Assembly (NCBI RefSeq): GCF_021869535.1
Contig: NW_026262734.1
Coordinates: forward strand, 102,858,001 to 102,922,000
Direction of reading: 5' to 3'
Length of the DNA: 64,000 nt
From: Mytilus californianus
Lineage: Eukaryota
Shown piece after piece: positions 51,826 through 63,890 of this stretch. Position numbers and translations under genes: made by a program. Within the stretch, counting starts at the first letter, position 1. Every line of letters starts with the position of its first letter. The notes below the pieces were generated by a model. That model was not told where the DNA came from. It was given only the letters and a program-made list of their open reading frames with translations, and made no database searches.

Positions 51826-54800
51826 ACAATAATGAAAATGGAGGATAATATACATGTACATGTATTAATCAGAACATTTGCAGCAAGAATATGTGGCTTT
51901 AAGACATCGTGCCCCTTCACATGATCATATTTCCATGTGCAGCGGACCACTAAATCCAGGTCAAACTATAAATTGGTATATACTTTTAAACGTTTTATAT
52001 TTTGAACGGAACGGAACGGAAGAACGAACGGATGAACAGACCAGTAAATATCATATCCCTTTGTTATCATAAGTTGGTCATAAAACTAAAATGATCATCC
52101 TACTTCAAAACGTCATTCAAATATTCCGTACATGTCCGTTTTTCATACGTATTTGCATAAGTTAAACGCCAAACATTTTAGAAAAGCAATTTAAGAGCAA
52201 TGAAGTTAAATTACGCATACGTTTGTACGGACTCTTCCTAGAATCAATGCATCATTATAATTAAAGACAAGAAGTAAAAATGTTAACTGATTCAGTAAAG
52301 TGTAATCATATTTTTGCTTGACGATGCGTCCTCATAATTCCATTTGGTAAAATTCTACGGAATGGTGACAAACAACTACCAGAAAGATGCATCAGTGATC
52401 TGAATTACTACCTCTAACAAAAGTTTCTTGAAACAAATAAAGAAGTATGCTAAAAAAAAAAGAAAAAACAATTCATGTACACCTTTTACATTCCGGCGTG
52501 TTTGAAACTCTTGTTTTAATCTTATAACTTATAAATAAAAAATTAGAATATCATCTCGATTCAAATTCCACTATTTTTATTTTTTGATACTTTTAAAATT
52601 TTGATTTGGTAGTTTAAGAAATCACTGTTTGAGAGATAAATATATGGGTCAAGTGAAATGATAAAGTAATGATCGGTGCATTTGATTACCGGTAACTGAA
52701 TTAGTTATTCCCTTGAAAGGTTGTTATCAATAAAATCATTTCAAATTTAATAATAAAATATGTAAAGAATGAAAATAGCAGATTACGCTAATTTTTAAAT
52801 AGCATCTGTTCCAACAAAGTATGTGTATTCAACGAGTCAAAAATCCATGCAGTCTATGCTACCTACCGTCATCCATCAATGCAATAGGCCGACATACGGT
52901 CAGATGGGTTGGTTATGCCGAGTAATGACATTTTTATTCTAAAAGATGATCAAGGGAATAGAAATATGGTCACTATTGATCTTGTTCCGTTAAACCATTG
53001 CCAAAGTGGATAGTTCGTTTAGATGTGCGGGATGTACAAGTACGCAGTCCCGTCCGTTTAGAGTTGGGACGTTAAAACCGATGACTCTTTTAGATATAAT
53101 GTCACGCTCTCTAAATGTTAATATTACATGAAATATATGCAACTGGACGTTGACCAACCAACTATCAATCAATCGACAGTAGCGTAACTTGAATTTTATT
53201 TCTGGTGAGGCAAATGATTAAAACTTGGCAGATAAAAGCCTCACTTTGGTTTAAAGACGTCAATGCCAGTAGGGAGTGGACGGTTACTTGAAAAAATGAA
53301 TCGCAAAATAGGTGTAGGTGATCATACACTTGATAGGTCAAACAATAGCAACAAGATACTATTTATGAAAAATCCAGATTTGTGGAATTCTATCATGAAA
53401 TAATATTTCTAGTGCGCATTTAATCAATATATTTCAATGAAACTTCTGGTTAAAGGCTTAATTCTCAGTATTCGGTTAAGTATTTAGAATTCAGATAGGT
53501 TCCTGATAAAAAAAAATGACAGAATTATATGTATTACCTCCTCTAAGATGATTTTGTACAGATTTGGGGATACGACTAAGTTTAAGATCCACTATGTCTC
53601 TTAACTTATACGTGTAGCTTTTGTCAACATGTATTGATGATAATAACTGGGAGAACTATTTAGTCTTGCTCATGTTAAACATGATAGAAGAGTACTACAT
53701 AAAATGTAGGAATGCCAAGTGTCTGTTGAAACTTTACCCACCAAAAGTAACAAGTTCGTTGTCAAAAAATTAAAAAAAAAAAGCAAGCATCATATCAGTT
53801 TCACAGTTATGACCTCATGTTTGGATCAGTTTTTTGCGAATTATACTTTGTCTGTTACTTAAAAAATATATTTGTATCTACCTTGTTCATTCTAAATTGC
53901 ATCTTGGATCCGCATGTGGCAACGAAATCTTAATATATAATGTTCTTCAATGTTACTTACCTTACACATTTCCGTTAATGATTTCTTCATTAAAATGAAT
54001 TCGGTAACCCCGCTTTTAGTTATTTATCAATAAAATGGATAAAATGCTCTAAATTAGTTCACTTCAAGGGATATCAAATCTATTCCCTGGAAATATCTTT
54101 TGTATTTGGACTTCGATAGCATTCCCGTTAAACAAATCAATACAGAACAATCCCTAATCGAACACACCTTAATTCTATTAAAAAAAACAACATATATAGG
54201 AATTTCGTTATCAATAAATTTTATAATAAATGAAAAATACTTTTGTTAATAAATTAAAAAGAAGCGATAATTTTATCTGAATTGTTAACATTTATAAAGA
54301 GACAGATTCTGAAAAATTCTACTTTCGATATTTCTGAAAATGTCAGAAACATATCCTTCTAAATATTTTCCCCGCATCAAATATAATAAAAAAGATAGAT
54401 AAACTATAAAGAAAGACAGAAAAAAATATAATGGGGCGTTCATCTGCAAAGTATATTGAAAAATAATTGTCATAATCAAAAACATGAAAGATAACTCGAA
54501 TCGTACGTATGATAGGTATGGGATACAATACGTGATCTTATGTCAGTAAAATAAAGGCGGGAATCTGGAAAACCATAAACGAAAATGCAATATTTCTATC
54601 ATTTTTCGTTATGATAATTTATTTTTATAGGGTCGAAAATTCCAATGTGTGATTTTAAAAGTCTTGGAATTCTTTGTTTAAACTTAAGCGACGTATTTAA
54701 TCAAACTCGATGGTTGGCAATAATCCGTCCCATTAGGTTCGTACGTCTAATTACGTACGTATGTCATTTTATTGGAAATCTCTATTATAATGTGCCTGTT

Positions 54801-55799
54801 ACTTCACAAACTAGTGCTGATGACAGCTATTTGACTTTTTTATTTCATGTTTTCATAACGTCTATTTTGCTTAATGCATGTTAATAACACCTAACTTTTT
54901 CAAGACTGTGTGTTCCCCTTCAGAAAAGTTTTAAATCATTGTAATGTTAGGTCGCTGAGGTTTTCACAAAATCATTGTATTGATCGTTGTAATTTCGTAC
55001 TATAAATTTAAATGCTGAAGAAACCTCTTATGTGTAAGTAATAAATAATATTCCCCAACAGCTTCCAAAAAGGGAAACATGATGGCATAAATGTTAACTG
55101 GATACATTTAAACTTTATACCAAACTTCACAATAAAGTACATCAACTTTTTCGTTGGCGTCTTTGTTAAATTCATGTGTAGGTTTGTTTTAATTTTTTAG
55201 TCAGTTGTGTTGTATGTCTGTGACCTATGTTTTCATAAGTTTTCGCTGCTGAATCCAAATTAAAGTCACATTAACCTATAACATCTGTTTGAGTCGCTCA
55301 CCCAATTTTGTCAATATAATGGAACTATAAACAAATGTCATACGATTAGGAGTTTAGGCTAGCTCGAACACCAGGTCTAACTCACTATTTTTTCAGAGAA
55401 TACCTTTACCAAGTCAGGAATATGACAGGTTTGTTACACTCGTTCCGTTTGTTGATGACGTTTAATTTGACAGCTTTTATTGACTTTCCCCTTTTCTAAT
55501 TTACCTAAGTATTTTTATTATACTGTTTTTTTTTAGAATAATAACAAAAATGAATCAATACACAACTTTGACCTTGCTGTACTTTAAGCAAATGTTTTCA
55601 GAAATAAACAGTAGTATCAAAGTTCAGACTGTCGTAATTATGGTTAATGCATAAATAATATCCTAAGGTCGGTCAAGAAATAGTATATCAGGAAACATAA
55701 ATAAACCTTGCATTGAATATTTCTGCGAAAAACTTGAAGCTTTTTGCCAGCATGGCATTTGATATTTTTTGGTAGCAGTTATTGATAATCAATACTTAC

Positions 55800-55871
55800 A
55801 GCAATTTCAAAGCAACGCTAGAGGTCAACAGATCACGTGGCAAAATCGTCAAAGTATTCATGTGAATGTAT
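55800..55871 (-). CDS. LRR exon 3: YIHMNTLTILPRDLLTSSVALKLL
   Basis: 72 nt, tctttcctttttattaaaaag|A...CT|gtaagt, phase 2/2, no stop. Confidence 0.9.
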
Positions 55872-56807
55872 CTTTTTAATAAAAAGGAAAGATTGATAAC
55901 TTTTTTAAAGACAGAATCAAATGTAAATACAAAAATAAAAAAAAAATAAAAGTTCACGCTTCATTTACATGATTAACGCCAAAAATAGAGAAAGTATTTA
56001 TGCATACAAGTACTCAAAAGAAAAAAAAGAGAACTGCGATCGATTGTTATTTTACGTTATAATAATTGATTTCAGAGTTAACCCTAAACACACTACTTTT
56101 CTCTCAAATATTACAGATTATCAAAATGAATCAGGAATAGCTAAAAGTAAATTTGTTCCACAATTTTGAACTATCATGTATCAACGTCACCAGAGGATTA
56201 TATAATTGATAGGATTGACATATGAAAGATAAATTGAATTATAACCGAAAGAGTGTGCTATAAGACTATTCTCATGTCTCATATCTAACGATTGCTAATG
56301 AGTGTTTTTTGTCCGTATAAACACGAGTTTTAAACGCTGTTAATAGATATAAGAAGATGAAGTATGAGTGCCAATGAGACAACTCTCCATCCAAGACACA
56401 ATTTACAAAAGTAAACCATTAAAAGTCACAGTACGGTGTTCAACACGGAGCCTTGGCTCACACCGAACAGCAAGCTATAAAGGGCCCCAAAAATGACTAG
56501 TGTAAAACCATTCAAACGGGAAAACCAACGGTCTAATCTATATAAAAAACGAGAAACGAAAATCACTTATGAACAACATCAACAAACGACAACTACTGAA
56601 CATCAGATTCCTGACTTAGGAAAGTGCAAACATGAACAGTAGTGACATAAAAAAACAAATGATGTAAATAGATTCATCTTAAAAACTTCAAACATAATCG
56701 GGTTTTGATAACGACTGAAAAGCTTCATTCAAGTAAAAAACCATGACGAATAATATACGGGTTTATCATATTTACCTAAAACAACATTTGAATTAAAGCG
56801 TGGGCTA

Positions 56808-57152
56808 ATAGTTATCAAAGGTAACAGGCTTATAATTTAATACGCCAGACGCGCGCTTCGTCTACATAAGACTCATCAGTGACGCTCAGATCAAAATAGT
56901 TAGAAAGCCAATCAAGTATAAAGTTGAAATGCATTTATGACACAAAATTCCAAAAAGTTGTGCCAAATACGGCTAAGGTTATCTATGCCTGGGAAAGAAA
57001 ATCCTTAGTATTTTGAATAGTTCATACTTTTGCAAACAGTTAATTTATAAAAAATGACCATATAATTTATATCCATGTCAACACCGAAGTACTGACTACT
57101 GGGCTGGTGATACCCTCGGGGACGAAACGTCCACCAGCAGTGGCATCGACCC
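56808..57152 (-). mobile_element. Near full-length retrozyme-like monomer (about 345 bp) with type I hammerhead (56842-56885)
   Basis: GCGUCA CUGAUGA GUC-uuaugua-GAC GAAG CGCGCG UC UGGCGU, with an A15.1-to-G change. A branched stem-loop lies at 57095-57152. Confidence 0.75.
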
Positions 57153-58239
57153 TGAAAACCTGCCTTGTCTTTGTCGCACCCAACAATCGAAAGACAATCT
57201 AAATTTTTCACATTATATGTCAAAACAACTCTAAAAAATAGCGTAAGTCACATCTCAAATCCTAGATCTGCTCATATTTTGTCAATTAGCCATACATATC
57301 AAAGGGGTATACGATGAACGGATAAAGCATTTTGGATGACCTATGTCTATTATCATAGTTTGTACATGTTGTATATTTTGAGAGAATAAAAACAGATAGC
57401 GCAACTACGTGTAATGACAACTATATTTACTATTGCCATAGTTGAAATAATGTTTGCAATTCTTTAAATTTTGTTATTTATACTTATACTTATATTACTG
57501 TCGTTAGAAAAAAACTTAATAGCCGGCTGTCTTCGTCTTATTTTTCGGAGGATATCAGAAAGCATATTCGTTGAGTGTTTAATCCAAATTGCATAAATTG
57601 TTTTATGAAGTCATTGTGCATAGAAATTCACTCGGAGACAAAACATTTTTCCTTTTATGTCTTCTTACAAAAAAAAAAATCCGGAATCCTGTTTTTAATT
57701 CATTTTAATTTCAAAGATAAAGGCATGGATCTTCCTCCATTGTATTGTATACTTAAATGACATATATTTTCTCACAAACAACCTTAAAAGCATTATATTG
57801 GGTGGTCTGTCAAATTATTCAAACAAACTCTTTCAAAATGAGTATAGACGTTTGTATCTTATTGTAGCAATAAACCATTTAGAAGACGTTCTGGATAACT
57901 CATGGCCTATGGCCTTTCTTAGTCTTGTATGATTTTTTAATTTGAGTTCATTTATATGTTTTGGAGTTAAGGGTGACATCCATTTTGTCTGAACTAGTAC
58001 ACATTTTAGTTTGGGGGCCAGCTGAAGCTCGACTCCGGTTGCGGGATTTCCTAGCTGTGTTGAAGAACAATTAGTGGTCTTGGGCTGTTTTCTGATCTTT
58101 GGTCGGATTGTTGTCTCTTTGACACATTCCCATGTACTTAGATTAAAATGTGTTTCTTTCGAAAAGAACAATTTAAACTTTTTTTAAAATCTTTTTTGTC
58201 GAAATCAAGATTTTCGCATGATTTATTTACTGACAATAT

Positions 58240-58600
58240 ATTTTCAATGTACAATTGGAAATCCGATGGAAACTCACTGTGATCCTCTTTCAACGTGATT
58301 CTTTATTCACTTGAGTCATAAGTTATACAGGGGGATTATAAGAAATCAACACAATTCTTTAACTGCGAGTTTCGCTATTTCGATACTGTCCTCTTATTTT
58401 AGGATTCGAAAGTTTGGTGACTTTGCTAAACTCAACTTCGTTATCAAACTAAAAAGGATACTGCAAAAACTTATCTAGACTTATATTTAAAAAATGATCA
58501 GGATTATTGATAACAAAGGTGTAAATCAAGATTGATGATTTCAGATTTTAATTGTGATGTTTCCATTTCTATGTAGCAACGTTGTAGCAGCGTTTCATCT
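58240..58600 (+). mobile_element. Highly degenerate Naiad-type RT fragment
   Basis: Remnants of the FRY..D.L and YLDL..DDF.F.IV.FPFLCSN segments. Confidence 0.5.
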
Positions 58601-59897
58601 ATAGCATAAATCTGCGAGAGGAAACGAAAAATAAGAGCTTTGATTTCATTTCAAATAATTCCAAAATATAGTGTAACTGCTTAAAATGAAACTTTTATTG
58701 AATGGTTCAAAGAAGTGAAAAGTTAAAAAAAAAATAATATCAAACTCCATGGATAATTAATAACGGAAAGTCCCTTATCAAATGGCAAAATAAAACTCTC
58801 AAACACAACAAACTAATAAAAAACAAATGTCATAATGAAGACTTGGTTCAGGCATTTCCGTTTGTAGAAACTGGTGGATTAATTTTGAAAATTTAACGGA
58901 TGTAATCATGAGATTTTTTTATCGTTATGGATGATCTGTGTCACTGATGACCACCAAAATGTTTCAGTTGTCGGAACAACAATCCTCTCGTCTTGTCTCG
59001 ATTGTCACATATTTTAACTAAATATTAACGAATAAGAATAGTCACTAACATGAGTTACGCGACGGGTTCCACAAATGGAACAACTAATTGCTACCTGTCT
59101 GGAGCGACTGTGATCACCTCCAGTGTAAGATTTGTATTGCTCATCTTCAGTTTTCATATGTAGTGTTGTGTACAAAGTTGTTCGTTTTCTGTTTTTACCA
59201 TTGTTTTGTCGGTTTCTGATCGACTCATGAATTATGATTGTCGCATCAATATTTGTCGTCTAAGCGCAATAACGAACTGGTTAGTATTTTTACATTCATG
59301 TTCAAATTTTCATTTACTGGTTTTAACTTGGATCAACAATTCAATGTGAACGGTTTCTCGCAAGAGTGACGTACGTCAGCAAAATGAAGATAATGTTATG
59401 ATTCATTTTTTCAATTATATAAAAAAGGTTCCTTGTTTAATCATGTATATAATCTGATGATAGTGCTCAAAACAAACACACATGCAAATAATTTTTATCT
59501 TTTTTCTCTGTCTTTCCTTTTTCTATATTATTTGTTAGTATACCTCTTTAATAACAGATGTCTGATTAGAACAATGTAATCATGAATCTGATATTTGAAA
59601 GCTTTGAATTCTATTGATCAATATTGTATCTTATGATAAGACAATCAAAGTGGGACTAAATTGTGTTTAATACTTTTTTGCAAATAAATATGTTTAAACT
59701 AAAAAGAAACTTACTTCTCATTTGTATACTTAATGTTTCTACATGAAGCCAATATGTTTGAGAAAAAAAAACAATGACCAGGGCAAAGGTTTGCAAAGCC
59801 AAAGTTGAATCAAAAGATGAGCATAGCAAATTTTTTATTGGGTAAATACTATCCTGTCAACAAACAACGTATATGATTGAAGATATGTTCTACTTAC

Positions 59898-59969
59898 AAA
59901 ATTATCAATGCTATGTTGTTCCTGAAAACACCACCAGGTACGCTAGTAAGATTGTTGTTGTCCAAAAAC
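59898..59969 (-). CDS. LRR exon 2: FLDNNNLTSVPGGVFRNNIALIIL
   Basis: 72 nt, ttttttgttcttatttag|G...TT|gtaagt, phase 2/2, no stop. Confidence 0.9.
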
Positions 59970-60671
59970 CTAAATAAGAACAAAAAAGACAAGCCAATGA
60001 TTACTCCTAATTGTCCTAGATTTCAAACACTACAGAAATACTTACAGAAAAAATGAGGCAACCAAAAAGTAATTCAATAGCAACTAACGTATTAATTCTA
60101 TCAGCAATTTATCACAATATCTGCATTCAAAAGTGCCTCTAGAAAACGAATAGTTACCAGTCGTCAAACGATGTTCTTATTTAATAAAATGATTTGAATA
60201 AACAAGGCAAAATTAAAAGTCAACATTGTCAGTGGCTGGTTGCCTTACAACAGATGTTGGTTGTCTTATGTCCTATCATTATGTGCTTGTTACTAATATA
60301 GCACCATTTTTTTTCTTTCTAGTTCATTTATTCATAACGTCTGTATTGTAAATGCATGTTATTGACATCTGGTTTTTGTCGTGGCTGTTTGTTATCCTTG
60401 TGATAAGGTTTAGTTAATTGTGATGTTTGGTCGCTCAACATGATTTCAATCCTAACATAATAGAAAGAAAATTATGAATCTTGTTTTTTTAATTCCCTTA
60501 AACTTCAAATATGTAGAAATGAATCTTATTTCACTGTATAGGTTACCAAAATGACATAAGTTCCCAAGTTGAATCATAAGATTGGGATAAGAAATTATTC
60601 ATAAGGCAAATGCTATTATCATGATTATGACAGTAAACATACTAACATGATTACAATTATTTTGAACTTAC

Positions 60672-60743
60672 AAAGATTCCAATGCCAAGTTGTTCTTGAA
60701 AACATCATCAGGTAAACTAGAAAGATTGTTGCTCGATAAATCC
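60672..60743 (-). CDS. LRR exon 1 (most 5' found): DLSSNNLSSLPDDVFKNNLALESL
   Basis: 72 nt, tttttttttatgtag|G...TT|gtaagt, phase 2/2, no stop. Confidence 0.92.
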
Positions 60744-61111
60744 CTACATAAAAAAAAAACCATACCATTTTTTTCAATAAAATGTTTTGTTTTAAGCTTC
60801 GAAAACTTGCAGCAAACTGATGAAGTACTTAAAGGAGAGTAATTCTTTTGTATACAAGTCCCTTTGAACTGACAAACTGTACGTACCAGTTGTTAAACGA
60901 TCTTTTTCATTGTATTTATATATGATTTGAATAAACAAGCCACCATTAAGATGGATAACCTTGTCATTTGCTGGTTATTTTCTAACAGGTGTTGATTGTC
61001 TTATGTCCACTTATAATGTAGCTGTTACTTGACAAAGTGGTCAGGTTTCAGCTATTTGTCCTTTTATTCAAAATGTTTGATTTGTTTGATGCCTGATCAT
61101 GACATTTTTAA

Positions 61112-61500
61112 GGATGTTCGCTACTCTGTTTCAAAATAACAAGCTTTTTAAAAGACTGTTATAAATTGATAGTATATAAAGAAACAAACAAAAACGCAGA
61201 AAAAATGAAGGGTCCGTGTGCTTGTTTAAGAGATATAAGCCATTAAAAATTTGGCGGAAAATAAATCTCTCTAGACTTTTCATACATTAAACAACGGCAC
61301 CCTTTTTCATTCTAAAAATATGACAAAAATAAATAGGATTTTATAGGATTTATAAATATGGCTTATTTAACTTTATGTAATAAAATTGTGAAAAGAAAAG
61401 TAGGGGTTAGCGGGGAAATTTGTGTAATGCCACTACATGGATAACACCAGAGAATTACGAATACCTGGCAAAAATTTAAAAACAAGAGGAGCGAACATCT
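61112..61500. mobile_element. Kolobok-type non-autonomous element
   Basis: TTAA on both flanks (61108-61111, 61501-61504). TIR (G/A)GATGTTCGCT. Confidence 0.75.
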
Positions 61501-62589
61501 TTAAAGACTTTGTTCTCCCTTTGATAAGTTTACAATATTTTAATGTTTGTTCGCTGTGCTTATTCACGTACACCACAGTCTTCTTAAATCATAGTTATAA
61601 CGTACTATAAACGTTCATGTTGAACACTTAGAAATGTATTACAACAGTCAATTGTATTATTTAACACCTAACATGAATGTATATCCCTAATAATGATATA
61701 AGACGTAATCTGGAGTTTATAGCAATTTTCTAACATGTTTCAAATAGAGAAAAAAAAAGGCATCTCGGTATGTCATTTAGAAAATTAGAATGGAATTTGT
61801 GTCTACTAATTGAATAGTTCTTATGTAAATATGAATTGTTTTATAAAACATAATGTATGTAACATCAAGTAATCAGGATATATCGGATGTCTAGACCTGC
61901 CTGAATTCGCTTTCAAGCGTGTTTTAATAATCGTTTACCTGTATGAATTTACCTTTTATGCCAAACTAAAAATAATGTTTATGAAATTATATTTTACGTT
62001 AGATGATTTTAATAAAACTAATCAACCTTGTCTTTGTTGTATTGTGGACAAGACAGTAGATACAAGTTTCCATATTTAGTTAAATTCTTTTCATTACACC
62101 AACATAACTATTATTAAGTATGGTATTTATTATAATTTGTTTTGCACGTTCGGTAAGTATTACAAGTTTCTCCATTAGTTGTATATCTTTGGTGCTTTTA
62201 AGCATAGTGTTTTACTAATCATGATAAATGTGTTTAAAAAAAAAACCAAACACCTGATAATGTTACTGCTGTGAAAAAAAAAATTGTGACTGTTTTGTGT
62301 TCTGTTTCACCTAAATGATACTAATATTTCATTTGCACATTTTAAAACAACTAGGATCAGTATTAATTATGTTGTGAACAATTTCTAACTTATCGTATTC
62401 GCTTTGATTACACAACATATTCGTATTTAAATTTCTTTATATCTTGTTCTCATGTTCTTCCGTCTTTTATTGACTCTTTCATTGTGTGGACTGTTTTAAA
62501 ATATATTAATGTTTTACGAATTCTATGATATTTTTCTAATTTATTCTGTTGTAATGTAAAAATGTAAAAGCATGTTTATCACACCACCA

Positions 62590-63515
62590 TTTTGAAAAAT
62601 TCCTTAAAATCATTTATATCTTATTGCAGTACATCAAACTTGTACACCACTTTTGGATATTGGACCCTTTTTACTGTGAAACTGTTTTCTCGCGTAGTGG
62701 TATTGTAACCATATGTGGATTCTTAAAAACTAATTTTAAATCTCGATCTTTCTCTAAAACTAGTTCTATCAAACATTTTGGTTTCTCAACCCTGTATACC
62801 AACATTCCCCATGTGAAATTGAAATATAGTCTAAAAGAAATAATCCACTATGCTTTTCAACATGCAAATGTTGGCATACGCTATAAAAGTATTACTTTTT
62901 GATACCATACGGCATACTTTGTTAATAGTGAACAAAAAAGTAAAACATGCTACACAGAGGAACAAGTGATCAGTATGCTGGAGTTCCTTATTGACAACAT
63001 ATTTGTTGAATTTTGAGGTAGACTTTTTCAACAAATTGTTTGCATTCTTATTGGAATGAACTATGCGCCTCTCCTTGTTCAGTCTTTTTTTTATAGTTCC
63101 TTCAGACGCTTGTCAAAAACAAGAAGATCAAAGAAGCCAGATCTTTTAATTTAACATCCAGACATATTGATGATGTTCTTTCCATTAACAATCAAAACTT
63201 TTCTGATTGGGTTCCATTAATATATCCCCCAACACTAGAAATTAAAGAAACAACATACATGACTTCCTCTGCCTCGTTTTTAGACTTATACCTCGAATTT
63301 GACATAAGCAGTCATTTCAGTACCAGAATCTATGACAAACGAGACGATTTTTATTTTGAAATTATCAATTTCTCAAACCTTAGTAGCAATGTACTAACTT
63401 CACCTGCATATTGGATATACATTTCCAAACTCATTCGGTATTCAAGAGCTTGCAGCTGTAACTTAGACTTCGTAAAACGTCACCAGTGTCTAAGCAGAAA
63501 GCTGATGAACCAAAG
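62590..63515 (+). mobile_element. Decayed Naiad-type Penelope-like reverse transcriptase
   Basis: YCETVFSRSG..FSTLYTNIPH..LEFLIDNIFVEF..DIDDVLSINN..FLDL..IYDKRDDF..YISKLIRYSRAC. Stops and frameshifts present. Confidence 0.85.
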
Positions 63516-63890
63516 AATGTCAAAAAAGAGGGGCGAAAGATACCAGAGGGACAGTCAAACTCATACATCGATAATAAACTGACAACGCCATGGCTAAAAA
63601 AAAACAAAACAAACAGACAAATAATAGTGAACAAGACACAACATAGAAAAACTAGAGACTAAGCAACACGAACCCCACCTAAAACTGGGGGTGATCTCAG
63701 GTTCTCCGGAAGGGTAAGCAGATCCTGTTCCACATGTGGCACCCGTTGTGTTGCTCATGTTATTACAAACCCGGTAAATAGTCTAGTTCGGTAGGTCACA
63801 TTCGTAAAAAAGGGAACGGGATTGTAGTTACGACATAAGGAACATATCCGATATCATCTGTGAAACGGATATTCCATAACGATCAACCAA
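63516..63890 (-). mobile_element. Naiad-type 3' end in opposite orientation
   Basis: Reverse complement of the 39520-39885 type sequence. Confidence 0.8.

Larger units (their letters stand above)
48862..54790. repeat. 5.9-kb block with long diverged inverted arms (48862-51771 and 52953-54790)
   Basis: Mirrored segments 48870/54780, 50810/53450, 51440/53280 and 51720/52990, including a mirrored SINE. Confidence 0.85.
55547..60460. repeat. Tandem duplicate unit carrying LRR exons 2 and 3 (paralog: about 47140-48860 plus 54795-54960, carrying exons 4 and 5)
   Basis: Colinear blocks 55592/47305, 57515/47790, 59745/48440 and 60290/54795. A further partial copy at 60480-61100 carries exon 1. Confidence 0.85.

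Noticed and set aside
52190-52450. Coding-looking stretch in the spacer of the inverted block, with a strong minus-strand acceptor at 52450
   Set aside because: Stops in the relevant frames and no convincing donor or family motif.
48572-60743. AGCGTACCTGATG...GAAC motifs at 48.6, 59.9 and 60.7 kb looked like degenerate Penelope-type hammerheads
   Set aside because: They are codons of the LRR exons (T-S-V-P-D-G-V). There is no GAAA core or proper stems, and the splice-site and frame evidence explains them fully.
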